A stretch of DNA of 64,000 nt from an uncultured Pelagibacteraceae bacterium (GTDB taxonomy: Bacteria; Pseudomonadota; Alphaproteobacteria; Pelagibacterales; Pelagibacteraceae), in contig CACGBZ010000003.1 in NCBI GenBank assembly GCA_902571425.1, positions 13,091-77,090 of the forward strand, in the 5' to 3' direction. The notes beneath the pieces are model-generated. The model was given only the letters and a program-made list of their open reading frames with translations. It had not been told where the DNA came from and did no database searches. This document shows positions 19,805 through 29,310 of this stretch, piece after piece. The translations under genes and the position numbers were made by a program. Within the stretch, counting starts at the first letter, position 1, and every line of letters begins with the position of its first letter.

Positions 19805-21790
19805 TTATTTTTTAAGTTGTAAAAAAAGTATTGGAGATATTAAGAATAATCCCAAAATAGAACTCTCAATTCCCGGAGCAATAAAGAATAAAGAATTCAT
19901 ACCTAAGTACCAACGTTGGTAAATTGGTACACTTTTTAACAAATAACCAGAAAAACTTACTCCTAATAATCCTATTCCTATCATTGCAGAAATTAAAGTT
20001 TGAAAAAAAATGTATATATCAAAACCTTGGGCTACTAATAATAAAGATGGTGAATAAACAAAAACAAATGGAACTAATGCCTTGGCAATACCCAATCTAA
20101 ATGCCGTATTTCCGGTTTTAAAAGGATTAGAACCTGCTATTCCTGCAGCAGCATAAGCAGCTAGTGCTACTGGGGGGGTTATATCTGCTAAAACACCATA
20201 ATAAAAAACAAAGAAGTGAGAAACTATTGGCTCAATATTTAGTTGTGTTAATGCTGGTGCAGCAACAGCCACTAAAATTATATAAGTCGCAGTTGTTGGA
20301 ACACCAGTACCCATAAAAATACAAGAAAATGCGATTAATAATAATGAAAAAAAAAGTGTCAAATCCTCAATAGTTAGCAAACCAAATGGAATAAAATGTA
20401 GAAAAAAACTTCCTATGTCACCTGCTGTTTGAATTACAACATATCCTAATCGAAATCCAACCCCAGTTAGTGTTACAACACCAACTATAATTCCGATTGC
20501 TGCAGCTGCGGCTCCAACAGCTAAAGTATTTTTTGCTCCTTGTGATAAACACTGAACGAGATCTTTAATTGTAAGTCTATTTGTTTTTTTTACAAAACCA
20601 ATTAATACGCATGCTATAATTGAAATTACTGCAGCATAGTCAGGCGTACGACCAATCAAGATTAAATAAACTAAAAGTATTAATGGTGCTAAGGACAACC
20701 AGTTATCTTTAACTACTGATAAAAATTTCGGTACTTCTTCGTCTGTTAAACCTCTAAGACCTAGCTTTTTAGCTTCCAGGTGGACCATAATAAATATGCC
20801 AAAATAATGAAGTAAAGCAGGAATAAGTGCCGCTGCTAAAATATCTCTTAGCGGAACTTCTAAATATTCTACCATTATAAATGCTGCAGCTCCGAGTATT
20901 GGGGGTGTAATTTGGCCACCTGTAGAAGCTGTTGCTTCTACAGCTCCAGAGAAATGTGGTGGATAGCCAACTTTTTTCATTGCTGGAATAGTCAAAGAAC
21001 CAGTAGTAACAGTATTCGCGATAGAAGAACCAGAAATAGTTCCTAAAAAAGCTGATGAAAAAATTGCAACTTTTGCTGGGCCTCCAGAATATTTTCCCGC
21101 TATAACCATTGCTAAATCAATAAAAAGCTGACCCAATCCAATTCTTGTTGCAAGCACACCAAATAATATAAATAAAAAAACATATTGAGCCATAACCCCA
21201 ACAGCAATTCCATAGATTCCTTGATTGGTAAGATAAATATGATTTACAAAACCAACCCAACTAGCGCCTCCATGTTTTAAAGCACCAGGAAAATAAGGTC
21301 CAAAAATAGCAAATAGAATAAAGAGCACACAAATAAAAGGTAGAGTAAAACCAATTGATCTTCTTGCAGCCTCTAAAGTTAATACTATCAAGAAAGATCC
21401 CATTATAATGTCTATATCTTCAGGATTACCGACCCTCGGAGCTAAAACCTCTGGAGGTAGTAAGGGTAAATATAAGGCTGAAATAACTACTAAAATTGAA
21501 AGAATTATATCAATAAAAGGTGTGTTAAAATTTTTTTTACTATGATTAATTTTTTTCCAACTATAAAAAATGAAAACTAAACCTACAACAAAAGAGATAT
21601 GTATTCCTCTATGCAAAATTTCTCTGATTGTGCCAAAACCAGAAGCATAGAAATGATAAACAGACATTAATGCTAAAACTAAAAAAGCAAAAGATTTTAA
21701 AAAATTTTTTAATTCTCTCTCATTAGTTTTAACCTCATATCTTTTTTGTAAATCAGAAACTTTTTTTTGTGAAATATTAAACTTAGACAT
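19805..21790 (-). CDS. TRAP transporter, fused 4TM/12TM permease (TAXI-associated type)
   Basis: 661-aa polytopic protein directly downstream of a TAXI solute receptor gene. Fused small and large TRAP membrane domains. Confidence 0.88.
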   Translation of the reverse strand: MSKFNISQKKVSDLQKRYEVKTNERELKNFLKSFAFLVLALMSVYHFYASGFGTIREILHRGIHISFVVGLVFIFYSWKKINHSKKNFNTPFIDIILSILVVISALYLPLLPPEVLAPRVGNPEDIDIIMGSFLIVLTLEAARRSIGFTLPFICVLFILFAIFGPYFPGALKHGGASWVGFVNHIYLTNQGIYGIAVGVMAQYVFLFILFGVLATRIGLGQLFIDLAMVIAGKYSGGPAKVAIFSSAFLGTISGSSIANTVTTGSLTIPAMKKVGYPPHFSGAVEATASTGGQITPPILGAAAFIMVEYLEVPLRDILAAALIPALLHYFGIFIMVHLEAKKLGLRGLTDEEVPKFLSVVKDNWLSLAPLILLVYLILIGRTPDYAAVISIIACVLIGFVKKTNRLTIKDLVQCLSQGAKNTLAVGAAAAAIGIIVGVVTLTGVGFRLGYVVIQTAGDIGSFFLHFIPFGLLTIEDLTLFFSLLLIAFSCIFMGTGVPTTATYIILVAVAAPALTQLNIEPIVSHFFVFYYGVLADITPPVALAAYAAAGIAGSNPFKTGNTAFRLGIAKALVPFVFVYSPSLLLVAQGFDIYIFFQTLISAMIGIGLLGVSFSGYLLKSVPIYQRWYLGMNSLFFIAPGIESSILGLFLISPILFLQLKK

Positions 21791-21798
21791 GAAAAAAT

Positions 21799-21824
21799 GC
21801 CCTAGATCAAAATAGATCTAGGGC
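21799..21824 (-). terminator. Intercistronic GC-rich hairpin plus U tract between the TAXI receptor and permease genes (partial terminator/attenuator)
   Basis: Sense strand: GCCCTAGATC-tatttt-GATCTAGGGC-ATTTTTTC-ATG. Perfect 10-bp stem, with the T run ending at the permease start codon. Confidence 0.7.
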
Positions 21825-21840
21825 AGTATATTTTTATTAA

Positions 21841-22848
21841 TTATTTTATAAGTCCTGCTTCTTTATAAAACTTTTCTGCACCAGGATGTAATGGTACTCC
21901 TACTCCTGAAAGTGCCGTATCAGGTGTAATTGTTTTTCCTTTTGCATGTCCTACATCCATTAACTTTCTAGACTCCTTATTCCACAAAGCTTTTGTTATT
22001 TTATATATTAAATCAGTGTCTTCTTTTGCTGATGTAAACCACTGAGCACCAACAGCTACAGTATTAACCACATCTACACCTTCATAAGTTCCTGATGGTA
22101 TTGGACTTTCAGAAAAGAAACCATATTTTGAAGTGAGAGCTTTTGCTCCAGAACCATCAATGGGTACTAATTTAATATCAACTGCAGATGCAAGCTCAAC
22201 AATTGCACCTGTTGGATAACCAGCAACAACAAAAATAGCATCAACTTTACCATTTCTTAAAGCATCAGTTGCAGCTTTTCCTTTTAAAGCTTCTGCTTTA
22301 ACATCATTAGTGCTTAATCCATTTGACTCTAAGATTAATTTAGCATCTACATATGTTCCAGAACCTGGCTCATCTAAAGATACTCTTTTTCCTTTTAAAT
22401 CTTTTACTGAATTAATATTACTTTTTTTCAAAGCTACTAAATGGATATGTTCCTGGAATAAAGCCGCAATAGTTCTCAAATCTTTAGCAGGTTCTTTGCC
22501 TTCCATTGTTCCTGTTCCAGTGTAAGCCCAATAAGCAACATCAGATTGTGCAAATCCAGAATTTCTTAATCCTGAAATAATAGCGTTTACATTATCAACT
22601 GAACCTCTGGAAGAAACAGCAGATGCAATCAAACCATCAACTCCACAACTTCCACCTTTTCCACATTCCCTTGATCCTGGAGGTTTTGAAATAGCATTAG
22701 CTATCATTCCTCCTACTGGATAATAGGTATAAGCAGTTCCTCCAGTACCAATTGTAAAGAAAGTCAATTCATTAGAAATTGCTTTCCCTACAAATGAGCC
22801 TGAAAGAAACAAAAAAACTGCAAATATTCTAAATAATTTTTTAAACAT
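21841..22848 (-). CDS. TRAP transporter solute receptor, TAXI family
   Basis: Signal peptide, then ..FFTIGTGGTAYTYYPVGGMIAN.. (TAXI signature), ..VDAIFVVAGYPTGAIVEL.., ..PLHPGAEKFYKEAG... Confidence 0.9.
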   Translation of the reverse strand: MFKKLFRIFAVFLFLSGSFVGKAISNELTFFTIGTGGTAYTYYPVGGMIANAISKPPGSRECGKGGSCGVDGLIASAVSSRGSVDNVNAIISGLRNSGFAQSDVAYWAYTGTGTMEGKEPAKDLRTIAALFQEHIHLVALKKSNINSVKDLKGKRVSLDEPGSGTYVDAKLILESNGLSTNDVKAEALKGKAATDALRNGKVDAIFVVAGYPTGAIVELASAVDIKLVPIDGSGAKALTSKYGFFSESPIPSGTYEGVDVVNTVAVGAQWFTSAKEDTDLIYKITKALWNKESRKLMDVGHAKGKTITPDTALSGVGVPLHPGAEKFYKEAGLIK

Positions 22849-22928
22849 AAATCTCCTTCTATTTCATATTTTTATTAATAATTATTCAATCATATCATCT
22901 AAGAATATCGAATTCTAATAGTTTATAT

Positions 22929-24890
22929 TTAGAAACTTAATTCTTTTAAATTACTATATTGTTCAAGAGCTTCGGGATTTGCCAAGGCTTCGATGTTTTT
23001 AATTTTACTTCCCTCTATCTTACTTTTAACTGCAAGTTCAACTATTTTGCCACTTTTTGTTCGAGGTATATCTTTTACAACAATAATTTTACTTGGAACA
23101 TGTCTAGGAGATGCATTTTTTTTTATTTGTAATTTAATTTTGTTAATTAATTCTGCTGTTAATGAATAATTTTTGCTCATTACAGTAAATAAAACTATTC
23201 TAACATCATTATCCCATGATTGTCCTACAACGATAGACTCTTTTATTTCTTTAAACTTTTCAATTTCTGAATATATCTCTGCTGTTCCAAGTCTTACACC
23301 ACCTGGATTTAAGGTGGTATCTGATCTTCCATGAATTATATACCCACCACTATTTTTTATCTCTGCGTAATCTCCATGGTGCCATATATTTTTAAATCTA
23401 TTAAAATAAGCACTCTTAAATTTAATATCATTTTTATCATTCCAAAACTTTAAAGGCATTGATGGAAAAGGATTTTTACAAACAAGTTCTCCTTTACTAT
23501 TTTTTAAAGACTTTCCTTTATCACTTAGAACATCTACATCTAAAGCCAAACCATTATTTTGTATTTCCCCTTTATTTACTGGCTGATATAAGTTTCCTAA
23601 CACAAAGCATGAAACAATGTCAGTACCGCCAGAAATTGATGATAAATGTACATTTTTTTTAATGTGTTTATATACATATTTAAAACTTTCCTCTGAAAGA
23701 GGTGACCCAGTTGAGCAAATTGTTCTTAGTTTATTAAGTTTGAATTTATATTTTAATTTTGGTTTAAACTTTCTTAACGCGTCTACATACTTAGCACTTA
23801 TTCCAAATAAAGTTATTTTTTCTCTTTGTGCTATTTTCAAAAGTAAATCAGCAGATTTAAACATTGGAGATCCATCAAACAGAACAATAGATGCCTTAGA
23901 AGCTAATGAACTAACTAACCAATTCCACATCATCCATCCACATGTAGTAAAATAAAAAACGTTATCATATTCTTTAATATTACAATGTAACTGATGTTCC
24001 TTCATATGCTGGATTAATACACCACCAGATCGATGACAAATACATTTAGGTTTTCCAGTAGTTCCACTTGAATATAATATTGCTAACTCAGTTTCAAAAT
24101 CAAATCTTTTGAAATCTATTCTTTCAGCATTAGTTTGCATTAATTCATTCCATTTAAATAAATTAATTTTTTTAAATTTATATTTATTTTTAATAAACTT
24201 TTTTCCAGGATAGTTACTAATTACAACACTTTTAATTGATGGGATTAATTTTAAAATCTCTGGAAGTCTATTTAAAATATCTATTTTTTTTCCATTATAA
24301 AAATACTGATCAGTAATGAATAAAACTTTTGGATTAATTTGAGAAAATCTTTCTATAACACCTTTAGAGCCAAAATCAGGACTACAAGAAGACCAAATAC
24401 CTCCCAGGGAGGTTGTAGCAATGAATGCTTCAACAGTTTCAATAGTATTTGGCATATATGCAGCTACTCTATCTCCTTTTTTAATATTTATTTTTTTTAG
24501 AAACTTTGAAATTTTATTAGTATTTAAATTTAATTGTCTCCATGATCTTTCTTCTCTAAATCCATTTTCACTAATAAAGGTTACGGCTTTTTCTTTATTA
24601 TTTTTTGATAATAAATTTTCACCAAAATTTAGTCTGCTACCTGGTAAAAATAAATTTTTATAAAAAGTCTTTGATTTTCTAAAATTTTTATTACTTTTAA
24701 TTCCCTTAATTTTACTAAAATCCCAAAATCTACTCCAAAATTCTGGTGAATTTTTAATACTCCAATTTAATAATTTTTCATAATTTCTATTAAATTTTAT
24801 TTTTAATTTTTTTGAAATGTAATTTTCAAAAGCAAATAAATTTGAATTTTTTTTTACAATTGGAGAAGGTTCCCAAAGTTTTTTACTCAT
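22929..24890 (-). CDS. Acetoacetyl-CoA synthetase (acetoacetate--CoA ligase)
   Basis: 653 aa; N-terminal ..LWEPSP..FENYI..FWSRFWDF.. and AMP-binding motif YSSGTTGKPKCI, characteristic of the acetoacetate-CoA ligase subfamily. Confidence 0.85.
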   Translation of the reverse strand: MSKKLWEPSPIVKKNSNLFAFENYISKKLKIKFNRNYEKLLNWSIKNSPEFWSRFWDFSKIKGIKSNKNFRKSKTFYKNLFLPGSRLNFGENLLSKNNKEKAVTFISENGFREERSWRQLNLNTNKISKFLKKINIKKGDRVAAYMPNTIETVEAFIATTSLGGIWSSCSPDFGSKGVIERFSQINPKVLFITDQYFYNGKKIDILNRLPEILKLIPSIKSVVISNYPGKKFIKNKYKFKKINLFKWNELMQTNAERIDFKRFDFETELAILYSSGTTGKPKCICHRSGGVLIQHMKEHQLHCNIKEYDNVFYFTTCGWMMWNWLVSSLASKASIVLFDGSPMFKSADLLLKIAQREKITLFGISAKYVDALRKFKPKLKYKFKLNKLRTICSTGSPLSEESFKYVYKHIKKNVHLSSISGGTDIVSCFVLGNLYQPVNKGEIQNNGLALDVDVLSDKGKSLKNSKGELVCKNPFPSMPLKFWNDKNDIKFKSAYFNRFKNIWHHGDYAEIKNSGGYIIHGRSDTTLNPGGVRLGTAEIYSEIEKFKEIKESIVVGQSWDNDVRIVLFTVMSKNYSLTAELINKIKLQIKKNASPRHVPSKIIVVKDIPRTKSGKIVELAVKSKIEGSKIKNIEALANPEALEQYSNLKELSF

Positions 24891-25063
24891 TTTATTAAAT
24901 TAAATTACTATTATAGAATTAATCTTATTTATGATAATCTCACTAACATTTAAAAGAAAATGAGAACTTTTTACCCTCCGATTCGGTCATGTTTTAGTCT
25001 ATTTTTGTTCTTTAGCAGTAACAATATCTGGTAGGTAAAAAAAAAGAAGCACAAAAGATAGAA

Positions 25064-27544
25064 ATGACTAAAAATAAAATTACAGCTGTTCTCGGTCCTA
25101 CAAATACAGGCAAAACCCATCTCGCTATCGAAACTATGCTTTCTTTTGAAAGTGGCATGATTGGATTTCCACTTAGATTACTTGCAAGAGAAGTATATGA
25201 CAAAGTAATCAAGAAAATAAGTTTAGATAAAGTTGCACTTATAACTGGAGAAGAAAAAATAATCCCATCTAATGCAAAATATTTTTTATGCACAGTGGAA
25301 TCTATGCCAATTGACAAACATCTTGAGTTTGTTGGTGTGGATGAAATTCAAATGTGCTCTGATCATGAAAGAGGTCATATTTTTACTGATAGACTTTTAA
25401 ATATTAGGGGAGAAAAACTTACAATGCTAATGGGCTCAAGTACCATTAAAAATATTATTTCAAAATTAGATGGAGATATTGAATTTATAAATAGAGAAAG
25501 ATTATCTAAACTTACCTACGCTGGTCATAAAAAAATATCAAGAATTGACAGAAAAACAGCAATCATTGCGTTTTCAGCAGAGGAAGTTTACGCTATTGCT
25601 GAGTTAATTAGAAGACAAAAGGGTGGTGCTGCTATTGTAATGGGATCACTAAGTCCAAAAACAAGAAATGCCCAAGTTGAATTATATCAATCTGGGGATG
25701 TCGATTTTCTAGTTGCAACAGATGCAATTGGAATGGGAATAAATATGGATTTAGATTTTGTTTATTTTTCCAATGTTAAGAAATTCGATGGAAAAAAATT
25801 AAGAAGATTAAATCTATCTGAAATAGGTCAAATAGCCGGTAGAGCTGGTCGATACCTTAACGATGGAGGTTTCGGTATTACTGGTGATTGTAAAGAAATA
25901 TCTCCAGAAGAGGTAGAATTATTAGAAAATCATAAATTTGAGGAAATTAGAACTTTGTTTTGGAGAAATTCAAATCTTAATTTCAATAACCCAATTAGTT
26001 TAATTAAAAGTTTAGAGGAAAAACCTCATGTGGAATGGCTAAGAAAAATTCGTGAATGTGAGGATGAAAAAGCTCTTAAATATTTTTTAAAAGATCAAAA
26101 AATTTTAAATAGAGAATTTGATAAGAAAACTTTAATGCTCTTATGGGAATGTTGCCAAATACCTGATTTTGTTAAAAAAACTTATGGAAACCATTTTGAG
26201 GTTATTGGAAATGTATTTAAATTTTTAACTAGCAAAAAAGGACTAATTTCTGAAGATTTTATGAGATTACAGCTAATTAAACTAGATAAATTAGATGGAA
26301 ATGTAGATTCTTTATCAAATAGAATTGCAAATGTCAGAACTTGGTCTTATGTTTCGAATAAAAATAATTGGGTAGAAAATCAAAGTTATTGGATAGAAAA
26401 AACTAAACATTTAGAAGATAGACTTTCAGACAGATTGCATGAAGAACTCACTAAAACTTTTATTGATAAAAGAGCAAGCGTACTCGCAAGAGGTTTAAAA
26501 CAAGATATGGAATTTAAAACTGAAATTTTACAAAACAACGATGTTAAAATTGATGATCAATTTATTGGAAAGATAAAAGGATTAAAATTAGAACTAGATC
26601 TAAAAAAAGGTGCTTTGGAAGCAGATATTAAATCTTTAAAAAAAGCTGCTAGACAAACTATTGGTCCAGAATTAGAAAAACGTGTTCAATCAATAGTTGA
26701 TACTGGATTAATTAATTTGAATGAAGACTTTAAAATTTACTGGAATGGTTTCCCAATTGCCAAATTAACAACAGGTAATGACTATTTAAATCCTAATTTT
26801 GATTTAATGGTTGATGATATTATTGAACAAAACACTAAACAAAAGTTAAATAACTATATTAACAAATGGATACATGCAAAAATAAATAACGTTCTTAAAA
26901 GTTTAATTGATTTAAAAAATATAAAAGAAAATAATTCATCAATTAAAGCACTGGCATATCAGCTCTATGAAAATAATGGAGTATTAAAGCGAGATCAAGT
27001 TTCTGAATACTTAAAGAGTTTAGAACAAAATGAAAGAAAAATTCTTAGAGAGTTAGGAGTAAAGTTTGGGAGATATCATGTTTTCCTTTATCAATTAATT
27101 AAACCAGAAGCAGTATCTTTGCGAACATTATTGTGGAAAAATTTTTATCAAAAATTTCATAATTTAAAACCACCTACCTTTGGTTTGAATTTTTTAGATG
27201 ATAAAGAAATAAAAAATAAAAACTTTATGCTTTTATGTGGATTTGAAAAATTTGATAATTTTTTTGTAAGAATTGATATTTTAGAAAGATTATTTGTATT
27301 AATAATAAATTCTAGTTCAAAGGAAAATTCTGAAATAAAATTAATACCAGAGATGTTAAATCTTTTAGGATGTAGTAAAGATAATTTCAAAAAATTACTT
27401 CAAAAAATGAATTATAAAATATTTGAAAAAGAAAATGAAATATTTTTTAAATATAGTCCTACTAAGAAATTTAAAAAAATTACCACAAAGAAGATCTCAA
27501 ACGAAAATCCATTCAAAATATTAAAGAATTTAAATTTAAATTAA
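25064..27544 (+). CDS. SUV3-like (mitochondrial-degradosome-type) ATP-dependent RNA helicase with a long C-terminal extension
   Basis: ..VLGPTNTGKTHLAIE..GFPLRLLAREVYDKV..ITGEEKI..CTVESMP..VGVDEIQMCSDHERGHIFTDRLL.. parallels the SUPV3L1/Suv3 motifs. aa ~450-826 are uncharacterised. Confidence 0.8.
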   Translation: MTKNKITAVLGPTNTGKTHLAIETMLSFESGMIGFPLRLLAREVYDKVIKKISLDKVALITGEEKIIPSNAKYFLCTVESMPIDKHLEFVGVDEIQMCSDHERGHIFTDRLLNIRGEKLTMLMGSSTIKNIISKLDGDIEFINRERLSKLTYAGHKKISRIDRKTAIIAFSAEEVYAIAELIRRQKGGAAIVMGSLSPKTRNAQVELYQSGDVDFLVATDAIGMGINMDLDFVYFSNVKKFDGKKLRRLNLSEIGQIAGRAGRYLNDGGFGITGDCKEISPEEVELLENHKFEEIRTLFWRNSNLNFNNPISLIKSLEEKPHVEWLRKIRECEDEKALKYFLKDQKILNREFDKKTLMLLWECCQIPDFVKKTYGNHFEVIGNVFKFLTSKKGLISEDFMRLQLIKLDKLDGNVDSLSNRIANVRTWSYVSNKNNWVENQSYWIEKTKHLEDRLSDRLHEELTKTFIDKRASVLARGLKQDMEFKTEILQNNDVKIDDQFIGKIKGLKLELDLKKGALEADIKSLKKAARQTIGPELEKRVQSIVDTGLINLNEDFKIYWNGFPIAKLTTGNDYLNPNFDLMVDDIIEQNTKQKLNNYINKWIHAKINNVLKSLIDLKNIKENNSSIKALAYQLYENNGVLKRDQVSEYLKSLEQNERKILRELGVKFGRYHVFLYQLIKPEAVSLRTLLWKNFYQKFHNLKPPTFGLNFLDDKEIKNKNFMLLCGFEKFDNFFVRIDILERLFVLIINSSSKENSEIKLIPEMLNLLGCSKDNFKKLLQKMNYKIFEKENEIFFKYSPTKKFKKITTKKISNENPFKILKNLNLN

Positions 27545-27545
27545 A

Positions 27546-27950
27546 ATGTTTTTTAAAAAAGAAGAGACAAAAAATAATAATTTTCCCACAAAAGTTTGTG
27601 CTTTATTAATTCATGCCGCAAAAATAGATGAGAACTATACAGATAAAGAAGAAGAAATTATTAAAAAAACACTAAATGAGCTAGGTATAGAAAATGAAAA
27701 TGTTTCTAAAACAATTGAAGAAGCAAAAATAATTGAAGAAAGCTCAAATCAAATTTTAGATTTTACTAGAGAAGTAAAAAATTTACCTCAACAAGACAAA
27801 ATTAAAATCGTAGAGGCTTTATGGACTATCATTTACTCAAACAATGATGCTGATATATACGAAACTAATTTAATGAGACGACTTGCGGGATTACTTTATA
27901 TTGACAATAAAACAATGGGCGATATTAAAGAAAAAATTAAACAAAATTAA
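27546..27950 (+). CDS. TerB-like domain protein
   Basis: 134 aa; ..[20 protein letters not shown].. and ..[27 protein letters not shown].. resemble the paired-helix repeats of TerB-family proteins. Confidence 0.6.
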   Translation: MFFKKEETKNNNFPTKVCALLIHAAKIDENYTDKEEEIIKKTLNELGIENENVSKTIEEAKIIEESSNQILDFTREVKNLPQQDKIKIVEALWTIIYSNNDADIYETNLMRRLAGLLYIDNKTMGDIKEKIKQN

Positions 27951-27952
27951 AA

Positions 27953-28279
27953 ATGACATATATCGTTAACGACAATTGTATTAAGTGCAAACTAACAGAC
28001 TGTGTTGATGTCTGCCCGGTTGATTGCTTTTACGAAGGTAAAAATATGCTTGTAATTAAACCCGATGAGTGTATAGATTGTGGCGTTTGCGAGCCAGAAT
28101 GTCCTGTCGATGCCATAAAAGCAGACACTGAACCTGGAAGTGAAAAATGGTTAGAGATCAATAAAAAATATTCTGAAATCTGGCCCAACATAAGTGAAAA
28201 AAAAGATCCACCATCGGATCACGAGAAATTTAGAAATGAGCAAAATAAGTACGAAAAATATTTTAAAGAAAATCTTTAA
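27953..28279 (+). CDS. fdxA: 7Fe ferredoxin (3Fe-4S + 4Fe-4S)
   Basis: [47 protein letters not shown] is the Azotobacter-type FdxA pattern. Confidence 0.93.
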   Translation: MTYIVNDNCIKCKLTDCVDVCPVDCFYEGKNMLVIKPDECIDCGVCEPECPVDAIKADTEPGSEKWLEINKKYSEIWPNISEKKDPPSDHEKFRNEQNKYEKYFKENL

Positions 28280-29132
28280 AGGCAAAACAGACAAAAAAGT
28301 GAAAAAAAAAGTTTCTAAAAAGAAGTTTGTCAAAGCAAGAAAAACTGTAAAAGCTAAAAAAGCAAAAAAAATAATTTCAAAAAAAATCAAAAAAGTTGCT
28401 AAAAAAGTTTCACCTAAAACAAACAAAATAAAAAAAAATATTAAAGTTGCAGAAACAAAAGCTGAAACAAAAGTAGATAATTTAAGAATTTCAAAAACAA
28501 ATGAAGTTAAGCCTGAAATAAAAAAAGTTAAAAAACAAGAAACTGAAAAAAGAGAATACAAAATTAAAGATCATGTTGTTTATCCAAAACATGGAGTAGG
28601 GCAAATTACTGAATTTAAAAAGATCAACATTGGTGGAATTGATGTTGAAACGTATGTAATAAAATTTGAAAAAGACAAAGCTAATGGAATGGTCCCTGTA
28701 AATAAGCAATCTAACCTAAGACCGTTAGCAACTATTAATCAGGTTAATAAATGTATTTCAATATTAAAAAGTAAACCAAAAATTAAAAGATCAATGTGGA
28801 GTCGAAGAGCACAAGAATATGAAGCAAAAATATCTTCTGGAAAAATATATGAATTAGCTGAGGTTGTCAGAGATTTAAACAAGGGTGATGACCTTATGGT
28901 TGACCAGTCTTATAGTGAAAGACAATTATTTGAAAAAGCTTATGAGAGAATTATGTCTGAATTTCAGATTGTTTTGAATGTATCATTAGAAGATACTCAA
29001 AAAAAATTGGATAAAGCATTAAAAAGAAATTTAGGTGGGCAACCTCAACCAGTAACAGCTGCAAAAACTCCAACTAGTGAATTACCTGTAGACGAGCCAA
29101 TTTCTGATAACGATGAACCGATTGACGAGTAA
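28236..29132 (+). CDS. carD: CarD/CdnL-family RNA-polymerase-binding regulator with a ~106-aa lysine-rich N-terminal extension and an acidic tail
   Basis: CarD core from aa ~107 (..[62 protein letters not shown]..). Start uncertain: ATG 28236 overlaps fdxA by 44 nt. The track start 28194 and GTG 28299 are alternatives. Confidence 0.85.
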   Translation: MSKISTKNILKKIFKGKTDKKVKKKVSKKKFVKARKTVKAKKAKKIISKKIKKVAKKVSPKTNKIKKNIKVAETKAETKVDNLRISKTNEVKPEIKKVKKQETEKREYKIKDHVVYPKHGVGQITEFKKINIGGIDVETYVIKFEKDKANGMVPVNKQSNLRPLATINQVNKCISILKSKPKIKRSMWSRRAQEYEAKISSGKIYELAEVVRDLNKGDDLMVDQSYSERQLFEKAYERIMSEFQIVLNVSLEDTQKKLDKALKRNLGGQPQPVTAAKTPTSELPVDEPISDNDEPIDE

Positions 29133-29138
29133 AAAAAA

Positions 29139-29175
29139 ACGCCTCTCACACAAACTGTAATGAGAAGCGTTTTTT
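29139..29175. terminator. Bidirectional intrinsic terminator shared by carD (+) and the 30-aa microprotein gene (-)
   Basis: A9-ACGCCTCTCA-(12 nt loop)-TGAGAAGCGT-T5. The stem has 9/10 pairs and is flanked by an A run and a T run, so it reads as hairpin plus U tract on both strands. Confidence 0.75.
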
Positions 29176-29193
29176 GTAAAGAATACTAAGTTA

Positions 29194-29286
29194 CTATTTT
29201 CTTCTTCTTTTTTTTGCTTTTTTCTTAGCTTTTTTCTTAGCTTTTTTCTTAGTTTTCTTTGCCGCTTTTTTTCTTTTCTTAGGCAT
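29194..29286 (-). CDS. 30-aa poly-Lys/Ala microprotein MPKKRKKAAKKTKKKAKKKAKKKAKKRRRK (not on the ORF track)
   Basis: ATG 29284-29286 with GGGAG 6 nt upstream. TTGACA -35 (29362-29367) and TAAAAAT -10 region (29338-29344) lie upstream; TAG stop at 29194-29196 is followed by the bidirectional terminator. Confidence 0.5.
   Translation of the reverse strand: MPKKRKKAAKKTKKKAKKKAKKKAKKRRRK
29216..29251. repeat. Three perfect tandem copies of the 12-nt unit GCTTTTTTCTTA
   Basis: Read directly. In the minus-strand frame each unit encodes KKKA inside the microprotein ORF. Confidence 0.9.
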
Positions 29287-29310
29287 CTTTAGCTCCCTTT
29301 TTTAGTTAAA

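Noticed and set aside
24891-25063. Small ORFs (15-24 codons) and the GC-richer patch ACCCTCCGATTCGGTCA in the acetoacetyl-CoA synthetase / helicase divergent spacer.
   Set aside because: No SD or start context supports the ORFs. The inverted repeat has only 3-bp arms (CCG-att-CGG). It is probably ordinary promoter DNA.
25012-25317. 101-aa minus-strand ORF overlapping the start of the SUV3-like helicase gene.
   Set aside because: It is antisense to a well-supported helicase N-terminus (Walker A region). It has no SD, a low-complexity hydrophobic composition, and no downstream partner.
28151-28561. 136-aa F/L-rich ORF on the minus strand overlapping the fdxA end and the carD 5' region.
   Set aside because: It is the antisense mirror of the lysine-rich (AAA/AAG) CarD extension, since TTT/CTT codons give Phe/Leu. 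There is no start context. The plus-strand frame continues seamlessly into the conserved CarD core.
29216-29251. Tandem 12-nt repeats considered as a CRISPR-like or VNTR element.
   Set aside because: There are only three contiguous units with no spacers. They are in frame with a plausible ORF (KKKA units), and no cas genes are present.
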